From: Vibrio vulnificus CMCP6
Lineage (GTDB): Bacteria; Pseudomonadota; Gammaproteobacteria; Enterobacterales; Vibrionaceae
DNA: 32,000 nucleotides
Direction: 5' to 3'
NCBI RefSeq assembly: GCF_000039765.1
Contig: NC_004460.2
Span: 1,710,001 to 1,742,000 of the forward strand
Part shown: positions 11,682 through 19,667 of the stretch, in pieces
Layout of the letters: each line of letters starts with the position of its first letter
Position numbering within the stretch: the first letter of the stretch is position 1
Made by a program: the position numbers and the translations under genes
Notes under the pieces: generated by a model
What the model was told of the DNA's origin: nothing
The model's input: the letters and a program-made list of their open reading frames with translations, nothing else
Database searches by the model: none

Positions 11682-13595
11682 ATGATTAATCTTAACTCTT
11701 TGAGCATTAAGCAAAAAGTTGTCCTTGGGATAACCTTCGCTGTGCTTGCATCCACCATCATTCTCGGTTTTATGGCGCAAAAACAATCACGTGAAGTGAT
11801 TAGCCATCGTCTTGTTGATATCGAATTGCCATTGATCTTGAGCCAGATTAACTTGCAAGTTGATAAAGATGTATCGCAACTCTTATCTGCGGCAGAGCAA
11901 TTAGCGAAGAACGAATTTGTTCGCGAAAGTGTCGTACAAACGGAAAACCCTGAAGGGCAAACGAAGTTGGTGCAGCAACTCAATAACGTCAAAGATCAAT
12001 ATCGCTTGAACGATGCGTCGGTGGCCAATAGAAAAACGGCGTATTACTGGAATCAAAATGGCTTCTTGCGTCAGCTGACTCAATCACAGGATGGTTGGTT
12101 TTTCGGCTTCACCAATTCTGGTCAGGCGACGATGGTGAGCATTTTTACCGAAGCCAATGGTGAAGTGAAAATGTTTGCCAACTATCAACACCTATCGGGA
12201 TTCACCATGTCTGGTGTGTCTAAATCGATGGATGAAATGGTCAGCAAACTGAACAGTTTCAAAATTGAAAAAACGGGTTACGTGTTCCTTGTCGACAGCC
12301 AAGGTAACATTCAAATCCACAAAGACAGACAAGCCGTCGGCAAACCTCTTTCTAGCTATGTTGCGGAGAATCCTTCATCGTTGCTAAACAAGCAGCAAGA
12401 CGTGGTATTTGAAACCGAAGTCGATGGTGAACGTGTTTTCGTCGCGAGTGCTTATGTGCCGTCGATGAACTGGTACGTGGTTGGTATTGTGCCTGTGGAT
12501 GAAGTCTTTGCGGACCTTGATGCTGCAGCGCAACAAATGCTGATTACGACCTTAGTTGTGGCTGCTGTCTTTATTTTCATGGGAGTGATCCTTGCGAACA
12601 GTATTACCAAACCTATCCAACAAATTGCCGAACGTTTCACCGATCTAGGCAAAGGGGATGGCGATCTTGCACAGCGCATTGACATTAAAGGGAAAGATGA
12701 AATCGCTCAGCTCTCGATGGGCTTCAATGGATTTATTGAGAAGATTCATACCACGATGAAAGAAGTGGCAGCGACCAGTACCTCGCTCAATAGCGCCGCT
12801 GAAACTGTCTCATCGAAGGCGGCAACCACGCACGACAACAGTCAAGAACAGCGAGATCAGACGATTCAAGTGGTGACGGCCATCAATCAGATGGGCGCAA
12901 CCATCAGCGAAATCGCCTCGAACGCAGCAACGGCTGCTGATACAGCGAATCAAGCCTCTGACAATACTCAACTTGGCCGAGAGGTGGTGACAAAAGCGAA
13001 GAACGTCATTTCGCGTCTTGCAGATGATGTCGAAACTACGAGCCAAGTAGTATCGCAGTTAGCGACAACAACACAAGAAATTGGCTCCATTCTTGATGTG
13101 ATTCGAGATATTTCGGATCAAACCAATTTGCTGGCGTTGAATGCGGCAATCGAAGCGGCTCGTGCGGGCGAGCAAGGTCGCGGCTTTGCAGTTGTTGCTG
13201 ACGAAGTGCGTAACTTAGCAAGCCGAACGGCAGATTCCACCGAAGAAATTCAAAAGATGATCAACCAATTACAAAGCGACGCCAAAGATGCTGTTTCGGC
13301 CATGGACGCAGGTAAAGCGGTCACCTTTGAGGGTGTTGGCGCGACAGACGAAGCGGTTAATGTGCTGATGAGTATCTCTGAGCGTATTGCTGATATTTCA
13401 GATCGCAATACACAAGTGGCGACTGCAACGGAAGAGCAATCTACCGTGGTTCATACCATTAATCAGAATATAGAAGAAATCAATGCCATCAATGAAGTAA
13501 CGACAAGCACAGCAGAAGAGTTGGCCGATGCAAGCCAAGAGCTGCGTGAGTTGTCGCGTCGTCTCGATAGTATGGTGGGTAGCTTCAAACTGTAA
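11682..13595 (+). CDS. Methyl-accepting chemotaxis protein with a periplasmic dCache-type sensor, HAMP domain and MA signalling domain
   Basis: Two TM helices bracket a ~270-aa periplasmic domain with the Cache motif [17 protein letters not shown], followed by a HAMP domain. The signalling tip is highly conserved ([38 protein letters not shown]). ATG 11682 is preceded by AAAGG at 11670-11674. Confidence 0.9.
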   Translation: MINLNSLSIKQKVVLGITFAVLASTIILGFMAQKQSREVISHRLVDIELPLILSQINLQVDKDVSQLLSAAEQLAKNEFVRESVVQTENPEGQTKLVQQLNNVKDQYRLNDASVANRKTAYYWNQNGFLRQLTQSQDGWFFGFTNSGQATMVSIFTEANGEVKMFANYQHLSGFTMSGVSKSMDEMVSKLNSFKIEKTGYVFLVDSQGNIQIHKDRQAVGKPLSSYVAENPSSLLNKQQDVVFETEVDGERVFVASAYVPSMNWYVVGIVPVDEVFADLDAAAQQMLITTLVVAAVFIFMGVILANSITKPIQQIAERFTDLGKGDGDLAQRIDIKGKDEIAQLSMGFNGFIEKIHTTMKEVAATSTSLNSAAETVSSKAATTHDNSQEQRDQTIQVVTAINQMGATISEIASNAATAADTANQASDNTQLGREVVTKAKNVISRLADDVETTSQVVSQLATTTQEIGSILDVIRDISDQTNLLALNAAIEAARAGEQGRGFAVVADEVRNLASRTADSTEEIQKMINQLQSDAKDAVSAMDAGKAVTFEGVGATDEAVNVLMSISERIADISDRNTQVATATEEQSTVVHTINQNIEEINAINEVTTSTAEELADASQELRELSRRLDSMVGSFKL

Positions 13596-13642
13596 ACTTA
13601 GGTAGAATCCTTCACAGTTTTGACATTTTTAGGTAAGTGAAA

Positions 13643-13843
13643 ATGAGTGATTTTGAAAAAGAATTGCAGATGATGTCTGAAGAGGCCAGTCAAGAGCCGG
13701 AAGTGAAATTGCCGTCGATTGAAGAGCAAAAGCAGATTGCTGCTGAGCTTAAGCGACTGGAAGCTGAAGGAAAACTGACTCCTGAAGTATTAGAGCATTA
13801 CTTTGGTAAATATGCTCAAAAAGGTGAAACACCGATTCACTAA
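13643..13843 (+). CDS. Small acidic hypothetical protein (66 aa), probably co-transcribed with the MCP
   Basis: The ORF MSDFEKELQMMSEEASQEPEVKLPSIEEQKQIAAELKRLEAEGKLTPEVLEHYFGKYAQKGETPIH has AGGTAAG 9-12 nt upstream. No terminator separates it from the MCP stop (47-nt gap), and a strong terminator follows immediately after it. No family was recognised. Confidence 0.5.
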   Translation: MSDFEKELQMMSEEASQEPEVKLPSIEEQKQIAAELKRLEAEGKLTPEVLEHYFGKYAQKGETPIH

Positions 13844-13856
13844 CCCCCTCAAAATT

Positions 13857-13882
13857 AAGGGAAGCGAAAGCTTCCCTTTTTC
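13857..13882 (+). terminator. Rho-independent terminator after the small ORF
   Basis: Stem AAGGGAAGC (13857-13865) / GCTTCCCTT (13870-13878), GAAA tetraloop, then a T-run. Confidence 0.75.
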
Positions 13883-14009
13883 ATGCTTTTCATACTATTG
13901 CCCGTTACTTTATCTCAGACTTTTGCTTTACTCGGTCTTTTTTTCATACTTGACTTTATTGGCTGTGAGCCTAAATTTTATGCTCAGCTAAATTGATGAA
14001 TAAAGGGCT

Positions 14010-14684
14010 GTGGGGAGCATGGAGAGTCAAAACAAGGAAGTGATATTGATTACGGAAGACAGTCTGCAATCCTCACTGCTAAAAGAAATTCTTGAGAAAA
14101 AACTCAATATGGTCGTTCATTTGCTCACTCCTAAAGAGTTAGATGAACGAACGACGAGTTATTCTTCGATCAAGGCAATTCTTGTGGATTATAGTGTTGT
14201 TGAAGAGGATTTTTATTCTTCATATTTGAATTTTATAGATGAAAACTTTTCGGAAGTCCAAGAGGTTCTGATTAATTGCCAAAATAATATTAGTATTGAA
14301 GAATTATGTATTTGGCGTTCTTTGACTGGAATATTTTATTTATCTGATGATATTAGTACTTTAGAACTAGGAATTGACAGAATCCTGTCGGGTGATATGT
14401 GGTTTAGTCGTAAAATATCACAAGAATTTATTTCAACTTTGCGTCAGCACAGTAAACCTATCTCAAAAAACGTATCTACAAAGCTGACTAAACGAGAACA
14501 GCAAATAATAACCCTCTTGTCACTGGGGAATTCAAATCAGCAAATTGCACGCAAGCTTTTTGTTAGAGAAAACACAGTGAAAACGCATTTACACAACATC
14601 TTTAAAAAGATTGATGTTAAAAATAGAGTTCAAGCTCTAATTTGGGCTAAGGAACATCTTTCTCCCACATCTTCTACGATCTAA
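14010..14684 (+). CDS. brpS: VpsT/CsgD-family LuxR-type transcription regulator (receiver-like domain + GerE HTH) with a canonical c-di-GMP motif WFSR
   Basis: C-terminal GerE/LuxR HTH: LTKREQQIITLLSLGNSNQQIARKLFVRENTVKTHLHNIFKKIDVKNRVQA. The motif W-F-S-R at 14400-14411 fits the published VpsT pocket W[F/L/M][T/S]R. With the GTG 14010 start it occupies residues 131-134 and the protein is 224 aa; ATG 14019 is an alternative start. The symbol is assigned only by synteny with the V. vulnificus brpS-brpT-cabABC and V. parahaemolyticus cpsS-cpsQ-mfpABC layouts. Confidence 0.7.
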   Translation: MGSMESQNKEVILITEDSLQSSLLKEILEKKLNMVVHLLTPKELDERTTSYSSIKAILVDYSVVEEDFYSSYLNFIDENFSEVQEVLINCQNNISIEELCIWRSLTGIFYLSDDISTLELGIDRILSGDMWFSRKISQEFISTLRQHSKPISKNVSTKLTKREQQIITLLSLGNSNQQIARKLFVRENTVKTHLHNIFKKIDVKNRVQALIWAKEHLSPTSSTI

Positions 14685-14758
14685 TCCCGCCGACTAATCA
14701 CAAAAATATACCATTCCTGATATCAATGTATCACATATGAGATGAATAAATTTTAGAT

Positions 14759-14790
14759 TCACTTTTACTTAATTAGTATTTTAAAAGTGA
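14759..14790. promoter_or_regulatory. Perfect 9-bp inverted repeat (candidate operator) upstream of the second regulator gene
   Basis: TCACTTTTA (14759-14767) - N14 - TAAAAGTGA (14782-14790), about 90-120 nt upstream of the possible start codons, inside a 194-bp AT-rich intergenic region. Confidence 0.35.
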
Positions 14791-14878
14791 ATAAAACAGC
14801 CTTAAAGTTGTCTCTAGCACTTTGCGATTAGCTGAGTGCTTCTTAAAACAAAAATAGTATGAAGTATAAAATTTTAGA

Positions 14879-15538
14879 ATGAGACGTTTCAGTATGGGTT
14901 GTAATATGGCAGACACAACGATTGTATTAGTCACTCAACAAAGCCTTCAGAGTGAGAATCTAAAAAATATTCTGATGGCTGAAACTGGGATGACAATTGA
15001 AATTCTTGATGCAAAGAAACCAATCTCGAAAGAGAGAATAAATGCTGAAAGTATTCTGCTTGTTGATCTCTCTGTAGATATATCAATGGATAATATTGAC
15101 ATTATTAAAAATAGGAGTGATCTGAGAGGGACAATACTTCTGAATCTACTGGAAGACTTAGAGCCGGAAGAGTTGATCAAATGGCCTTACATTAAAGGTG
15201 TATTTGGTGCAAAAGACAACATAGAGAAGCTGTGTCGCGGGATTGAAGCGATCGCTCGAGGGGATAATTGGCTCCCGAGACGATTAATGATGCAACTTAT
15301 CTCATATTATGAAGAAAAAGGTGGAGCGAAGAAGGAAGAGCCACAGCTAGATATCGAGCTAACCAGACGAGAAATTCAAGTATTACAATTTCTTAAGGCA
15401 GGTGGTTCGAATATGGAAATTGCGGATTCTCTTTTTATCAGCGAACACACGATTAAATCTCATCTTTATAATATTTTCCGCAAGATTGATGTAAAAAACC
15501 GGACACAGGCAACTGCGTGGGCAAAACGGAATTTATAA
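14879..15538 (+). CDS. brpT: VpsT-family LuxR-type regulator with the variant pocket motif WLPR
   Basis: GerE HTH: LTRREIQVLQFLKAGGSNMEIADSLFISEHTIKSHLYNIFRKIDVKNRTQA. The motif W-L-P-R at 15269-15280 occupies residues 131-134 if ATG 14879 is the start; ATG 14894 and ATG 14906 are alternatives. The receiver-like domain has QQ (VLVTQQS) where the acidic pair normally sits. It lies directly upstream of the RTX/T1SS operon. The symbol is by synteny only. Confidence 0.7.
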   Translation: MRRFSMGCNMADTTIVLVTQQSLQSENLKNILMAETGMTIEILDAKKPISKERINAESILLVDLSVDISMDNIDIIKNRSDLRGTILLNLLEDLEPEELIKWPYIKGVFGAKDNIEKLCRGIEAIARGDNWLPRRLMMQLISYYEEKGGAKKEEPQLDIELTRREIQVLQFLKAGGSNMEIADSLFISEHTIKSHLYNIFRKIDVKNRTQATAWAKRNL

Positions 15539-15824
15539 AACCGCCTGGCCACTATTTCTATAGGTTATCGAGTTCTACAGGTTACCTAGCATTATTAACC
15601 ATACAGAGTACTAGCAATAACTGTTTGTTTTATCATGGATAAGCGTTGAAAAGTATGAGCCTGATTATTGATTCCTTATTCGCTGAGTGAAAACTCAACC
15701 GAAAATCAAACTCATATAGAGCATGAGCTTTCATATACTTCTGATGTCTTGAAGTAGTGAAGTCAGATGTTGTTTAACGATAACGTTCTATATCCAATAA
15801 TGGAATCAAAAGAGGGATAAAAAA

Positions 15825-16397
15825 ATGGCTGTTTATTCTGGAACTGCAGATGTAGATGTTCTTAGTAACTATACTGGTAGTGATGACAAGTTCGTAGGAC
15901 ATGGTGATAACGACAATATCGTTGGTGGCGGCGGTAATGATCTAATTATCGGCGGGGCTGGCGATGATAGATTAGTGGGTGGACGAGGCGATGACATTCT
16001 CAAAGCTGGACTAGGGGATGACTATCTTGGCGGCGGATCAGGGGATGACTTATTACTTGGTCTTTATGGTAACAACCATATGAATGGTGGCCTAGATAAC
16101 GATGTTTTGGTTGCTGGCTCTGGTGACAATATTTTGATCGGTGGCCAAGGTGCCGACAAATTTATTTTTACCGATAAGTTTGACGGGCACGGTACAGCTA
16201 AGGTGGTGGATTTCACTATCGGTGAGGACACAGTGCGTATAGACAGTGCCACGATTCACTCATTGGATGATCTATCAGTAAGCTATGATGCAGTGGGTAA
16301 CCTAGTTCTTTCCGATGGTGGAGCATTTACCGTGAAGTTGATTGGTGTGACAGAAGCAGATTTTGTCGCTCATGCGGATGACATGTTCCAATTCTAA
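15825..16397 (+). CDS. cabA: Secreted RTX-type calcium-binding protein (matrix protein CabA-like)
   Basis: Ten consecutive nonapeptide GGxGxDxUx-type repeats at 15897-16166: GHGDNDNIV GGGGNDLII GGAGDDRLV GGRGDDILK AGLGDDYLG GGSGDDLLL GLYGNNHMN GGLDNDVLV AGSGDNILI GGQGADKFI. There is no N-terminal signal peptide, and the C-terminus is acidic/hydrophobic (ADDMFQF), consistent with a T1SS substrate. The RBS is AGAGGG. Dedicated T1SS genes follow. Confidence 0.8.
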   Translation: MAVYSGTADVDVLSNYTGSDDKFVGHGDNDNIVGGGGNDLIIGGAGDDRLVGGRGDDILKAGLGDDYLGGGSGDDLLLGLYGNNHMNGGLDNDVLVAGSGDNILIGGQGADKFIFTDKFDGHGTAKVVDFTIGEDTVRIDSATIHSLDDLSVSYDAVGNLVLSDGGAFTVKLIGVTEADFVAHADDMFQF

Positions 16398-16410
16398 ATT
16401 AGAGATAAAT

Positions 16411-16433
16411 AGTGCTACGTTTTGCGTAGCACT
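16411..16433 (+). terminator. Intercistronic stem-loop between cabA and cabB (partial terminator or mRNA-stabilising hairpin candidate)
   Basis: Perfect 9-bp stem AGTGCTACG / CGTAGCACT with loop TTTTG. No U-run follows (ACTTCTA), and the SD AGGTGG of the next gene starts 7 nt later. Confidence 0.4.
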
Positions 16434-16441
16434 ACTTCTAG

Positions 16442-18154
16442 GTGGGTAGTAATTTGCAAAATTCCGCGTTTAAGGAAGTGAAGAAGAAACTAAGAACACT
16501 ATTTGTTTGGTCACTTTTTTTTAGTTTTTTTATCAATATTCTTGTACTTTCTATACCCATTTACATGCTTCAAATTTACAACCGAGTGATTTCGTCATAC
16601 TCCGTTGACACATTGGTTTTGCTGACCGTCATTGTTCTGTTGGCTTTATTCACTATGTCTGCGCTTGAAGTGGTACGGGCACATATTAGCAAACGCTTTG
16701 GCTTTTGGATTGATAACCGTCTCTCTAGCCAAATGTTAAGACAAACAGTTCATTTTAAAACACACACCGGGCGTAATTATACTGCGCAGGTGTTGAGAGA
16801 TTTACAGACGCTTAAATCTTTTTTTAGTGGTTCCTCTCTTTATCCTTTGCTTGACGCACCTTGGACACCTCTGTTCGTTTTCTTCGTTTATATGCTGCAT
16901 CCTATCCTAGGACAAATCGCTTTAGGGGGCGCCATTACTCTATTGTCCTTAGGCTTATTTAATGAATTTGCGATTCGTAAAGCGGCACTCGATAGTGATA
17001 ACCGAGCGGTTAACGCCATCGCTAACGCAGAAACTGCGGCACAAAATGCCGATTCCATGCTGGCGATGGGGATGATGAATGACTATCTCAGGAATTGGTA
17101 TCAGTACAATCAGCAAACGCAAGTGGTTGAAGATAATGCGGTAAGTCGTTCGATCCTTATTGCCAATATTTCTAAGTTCATTCGTAGTGGCCTACAAATT
17201 TTACTTCTAGGTGGCGGGGCATGGTTAGTGATTGAGCATGAAATAACCGCAGGTGCCATGATTGCTGCCTCAATTTTGATGGGAAGAGCCCTCTCCCCAA
17301 TGGAGCAAGCGATTACGACTTGGCGCTCGGCATCCCTCGCTAAAAGTGCTTATGGTCGATTGAAAGAAATCAGTGACAAAGTTCAAGTTGATGAACTCAA
17401 TATGCCATTGCCCAGACCCAGAGGGCATTTCGAGTTAGCTAACGTTTCTTATCGTCATCCCGGCGTTGCTGAGCCAGTTCTCTCTGGCGCTCAATTTTCC
17501 ATTCCTCCTGGTTGTGCGGTTGGTATTATCGGCCCTTCGGGCACAGGGAAATCAACGCTGGCTAAGTTGTTGGTCGGTAATATCAAGCCCTTAGCAGGAA
17601 AGGTGACCTTAGATGGAATGGATGTTTCTCTCTGGGCATCAGAAGATTTGGGAAGGCATGTAGGATACTTGTCTCAAGAAATAGAGTTATTCCCTGGAAC
17701 CATCAGAGAAAATATCGCCCGACTCAAAATAGAGCAGCCAGAAAAAGTAATACGGGCCGCTCAATTGGCGGGTTGCCATGAAATGATACTCAAGAAGCCA
17801 AAAGGTTACGATTTTGAGATAGGAGAAGGCGGGAGAGGATTATCTGGTGGAGAACGGCAGAGAGTTGCGTTGGCGAGAGCCATCTATGATGACCCATCGG
17901 TCGTGATATTGGACGAAGCGAATTCAAACCTGGATGGTGAAGGAGAAGCGGCGTATCAAAATGTTATTACTCACTTAAAAAATCAAAAAGCCACTGTGAT
18001 CGTTATTGCTCATAATCCGAGCACGATGAGAAATATGGATCGTCTGCTCTATCTCTCTGAAGGCCGAGTTAAGCTGTATGGCGAAAAGAACGAAGTACTG
18101 AAGCGTTTGATGGGATCGAGTCAAACAGACATTCCGAGGGTCAATCATGGCTAA
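16442..18154 (+). CDS. cabB: Type I secretion system ABC transporter (PrtD/HasD type, no C39 peptidase domain)
   Basis: An N-terminal six-TM-type domain is followed by Walker A GPSGTGKST, signature LSGGERQR and Walker B VVILDEANSNLD. There is no in-frame ATG before the first TM helix, so the start is GTG 16442 or, better placed relative to SD AGGTGG (16440-16445), TTG 16454. Confidence 0.85.
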   Translation: MGSNLQNSAFKEVKKKLRTLFVWSLFFSFFINILVLSIPIYMLQIYNRVISSYSVDTLVLLTVIVLLALFTMSALEVVRAHISKRFGFWIDNRLSSQMLRQTVHFKTHTGRNYTAQVLRDLQTLKSFFSGSSLYPLLDAPWTPLFVFFVYMLHPILGQIALGGAITLLSLGLFNEFAIRKAALDSDNRAVNAIANAETAAQNADSMLAMGMMNDYLRNWYQYNQQTQVVEDNAVSRSILIANISKFIRSGLQILLLGGGAWLVIEHEITAGAMIAASILMGRALSPMEQAITTWRSASLAKSAYGRLKEISDKVQVDELNMPLPRPRGHFELANVSYRHPGVAEPVLSGAQFSIPPGCAVGIIGPSGTGKSTLAKLLVGNIKPLAGKVTLDGMDVSLWASEDLGRHVGYLSQEIELFPGTIRENIARLKIEQPEKVIRAAQLAGCHEMILKKPKGYDFEIGEGGRGLSGGERQRVALARAIYDDPSVVILDEANSNLDGEGEAAYQNVITHLKNQKATVIVIAHNPSTMRNMDRLLYLSEGRVKLYGEKNEVLKRLMGSSQTDIPRVNHG

Positions 18155-19487
18155 TCAAATAACGGAGAGAAATGGTGAGACGTTAGATATTGTAGAACGT
18201 TTTTCACCACAAGATACTCTGAATATCAAAGGACCCATTGTTATGGGTTTTTTATCTATTGCACTATTTGGCGGTGGTATTGGCTACTGGGCGGCAACAG
18301 CAAAACTCGAAAGTGCTGCCATCGCCTATGGTGATTTATCCGTAAGCAGTCAACGCCAGGCAATTCAACATCTTGAAGGTGGCATTGTTGAACGCTTAAT
18401 GATCCAAGAAGGGGATTATGTTGAGAAAGGCCAGCTCCTAATACAGCTTTCTGAACAGCAATCTTTGTCGCGTTTAGAATCTCTTAAAGGACGGTTTGTC
18501 CATGCCGTCGCAAAAGAGAGTCGTTTAAAAGCAGAGTTTAATAATACGAGTGAGATTGTCTGGGAAAGTGATCTCGAGAAAATGGCAATCTCAAATACAT
18601 TGCTGGAAGCACAGCAAATTCAAAAAAAGATTTTTGAGGCGAGAGCCCGTTACTTCGAAAGTAAACTCAACATCGTTCATCAGACGATTTCTGGTGCAAA
18701 GTTGGAGCTCAATAATTTGAAGCAAACCAAAAAAATTGAGCGGGAAAGACTTTCGTTAATCGAAGAAGAAATCCTGAGTAATCAGACATTAGTAAAACAG
18801 GGGTTTTCTGGTAAATCAACGTTGCTGCAGTTGAAAAGATTAGCAACTGAAGTAAGAAGTACCTTGAGTCAACTTGATAGACAAACGTTAACGGTACAAA
18901 AACGCATTGATGAAAACCAATCCCGTTTAGAGGAAATGGCACTCGAGCGAATCAACGAAGTGGTCGTTGAGTTGAGAGAGGCACAAAATGAAATTGTCTC
19001 TATTCGAGAAGAGTATCGTGTGGCTCAAGATATATATAAACGCACCGGGATACGCGCGCCAATTTCAGGCAAGGTAGTGAATATGAAAGTATTCACCGAA
19101 CAAGGTGTGATTCGTAGCGGTGAAACGTTACTAGAATTGGTTCCTGACGATGACAGCTTAATCGTGGAAGCGAGAGTCAGTCCTCAAGATATCGATCTTA
19201 TCTCTCCAGGTTTAGATGCCAGAGTGCGACTTACGGCACTCAATGCGCGTATTCAGGAACCACTCAATGGTAAGGTACTGACGGTTTCGGCGGACAAACT
19301 GTCTGAACAAAATAAAGAAGACTACTATTTAGCGAGAATTGCGTTGAATGACCAAGATGCTCAGCAGCATCAGTTAACGGCAGGAATGAATGCGGAAGTG
19401 CTTATTTTATCTCGGCCACGGACGCCAATCAGCTATCTTCTCAAACCGATTACAGAAAGTTTTAATCGTGCTTTTAGGGAAGAGTAA
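18147..19487 (+). CDS. cabC: Type I secretion membrane-fusion (periplasmic adaptor) protein, HlyD family
   Basis: N-terminal TM helix IVMGFLSIALFGGGIGYWA, a long coiled-coil region, and C-terminal beta-barrel motifs (IRAPISGKVVNMKVFTEQGVIRSGETLLELVP). ATG 18147 overlaps the cabB stop by 8 nt (ATGGCTAA). Confidence 0.85.
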   Translation: MANQITERNGETLDIVERFSPQDTLNIKGPIVMGFLSIALFGGGIGYWAATAKLESAAIAYGDLSVSSQRQAIQHLEGGIVERLMIQEGDYVEKGQLLIQLSEQQSLSRLESLKGRFVHAVAKESRLKAEFNNTSEIVWESDLEKMAISNTLLEAQQIQKKIFEARARYFESKLNIVHQTISGAKLELNNLKQTKKIERERLSLIEEEILSNQTLVKQGFSGKSTLLQLKRLATEVRSTLSQLDRQTLTVQKRIDENQSRLEEMALERINEVVVELREAQNEIVSIREEYRVAQDIYKRTGIRAPISGKVVNMKVFTEQGVIRSGETLLELVPDDDSLIVEARVSPQDIDLISPGLDARVRLTALNARIQEPLNGKVLTVSADKLSEQNKEDYYLARIALNDQDAQQHQLTAGMNAEVLILSRPRTPISYLLKPITESFNRAFREE

Positions 19488-19556
19488 TGGAGTGAGCTCG
19501 AATGATTACTGATGTATCGAGATGTGGTCGGTGAGTGTTAGGAGAAGTGAGTGAGG

Positions 19557-19585
19557 AAAGGAGAACTCAGTTTCTCCTTTTTTAT
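19557..19585 (+). terminator. Rho-independent terminator after cabC, in the convergence zone with the EPS locus
   Basis: Stem AAAGGAGAA (19557-19565) / TTCTCCTTT (19572-19580), 6-nt loop, and a T-run extending to 19584. Confidence 0.7.
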
Positions 19586-19667
19586 TGTCATTGAATCGTA
19601 TTTGGCTGCAATGGCGATGTCTTGCTGCGAGATCGAGCCACACAGTAGGCGACGTTTATTAGAGAAC

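Noticed and set aside
11645-11992. A 115-aa minus-strand ORF overlapping the MCP start and promoter.
   Set aside because: It is antisense to the well-supported MCP N-terminus, is Cys/Ser-rich with no recognisable motif, and would run into the sigma28-like promoter region.
13803-13991. A 62-aa + strand ORF downstream of the small acidic ORF.
   Set aside because: It reads straight through the rho-independent terminator at 13857-13882 and the AT-rich promoter region. It uses an alternative start, has no RBS, and its composition is hydrophobic and low in complexity.
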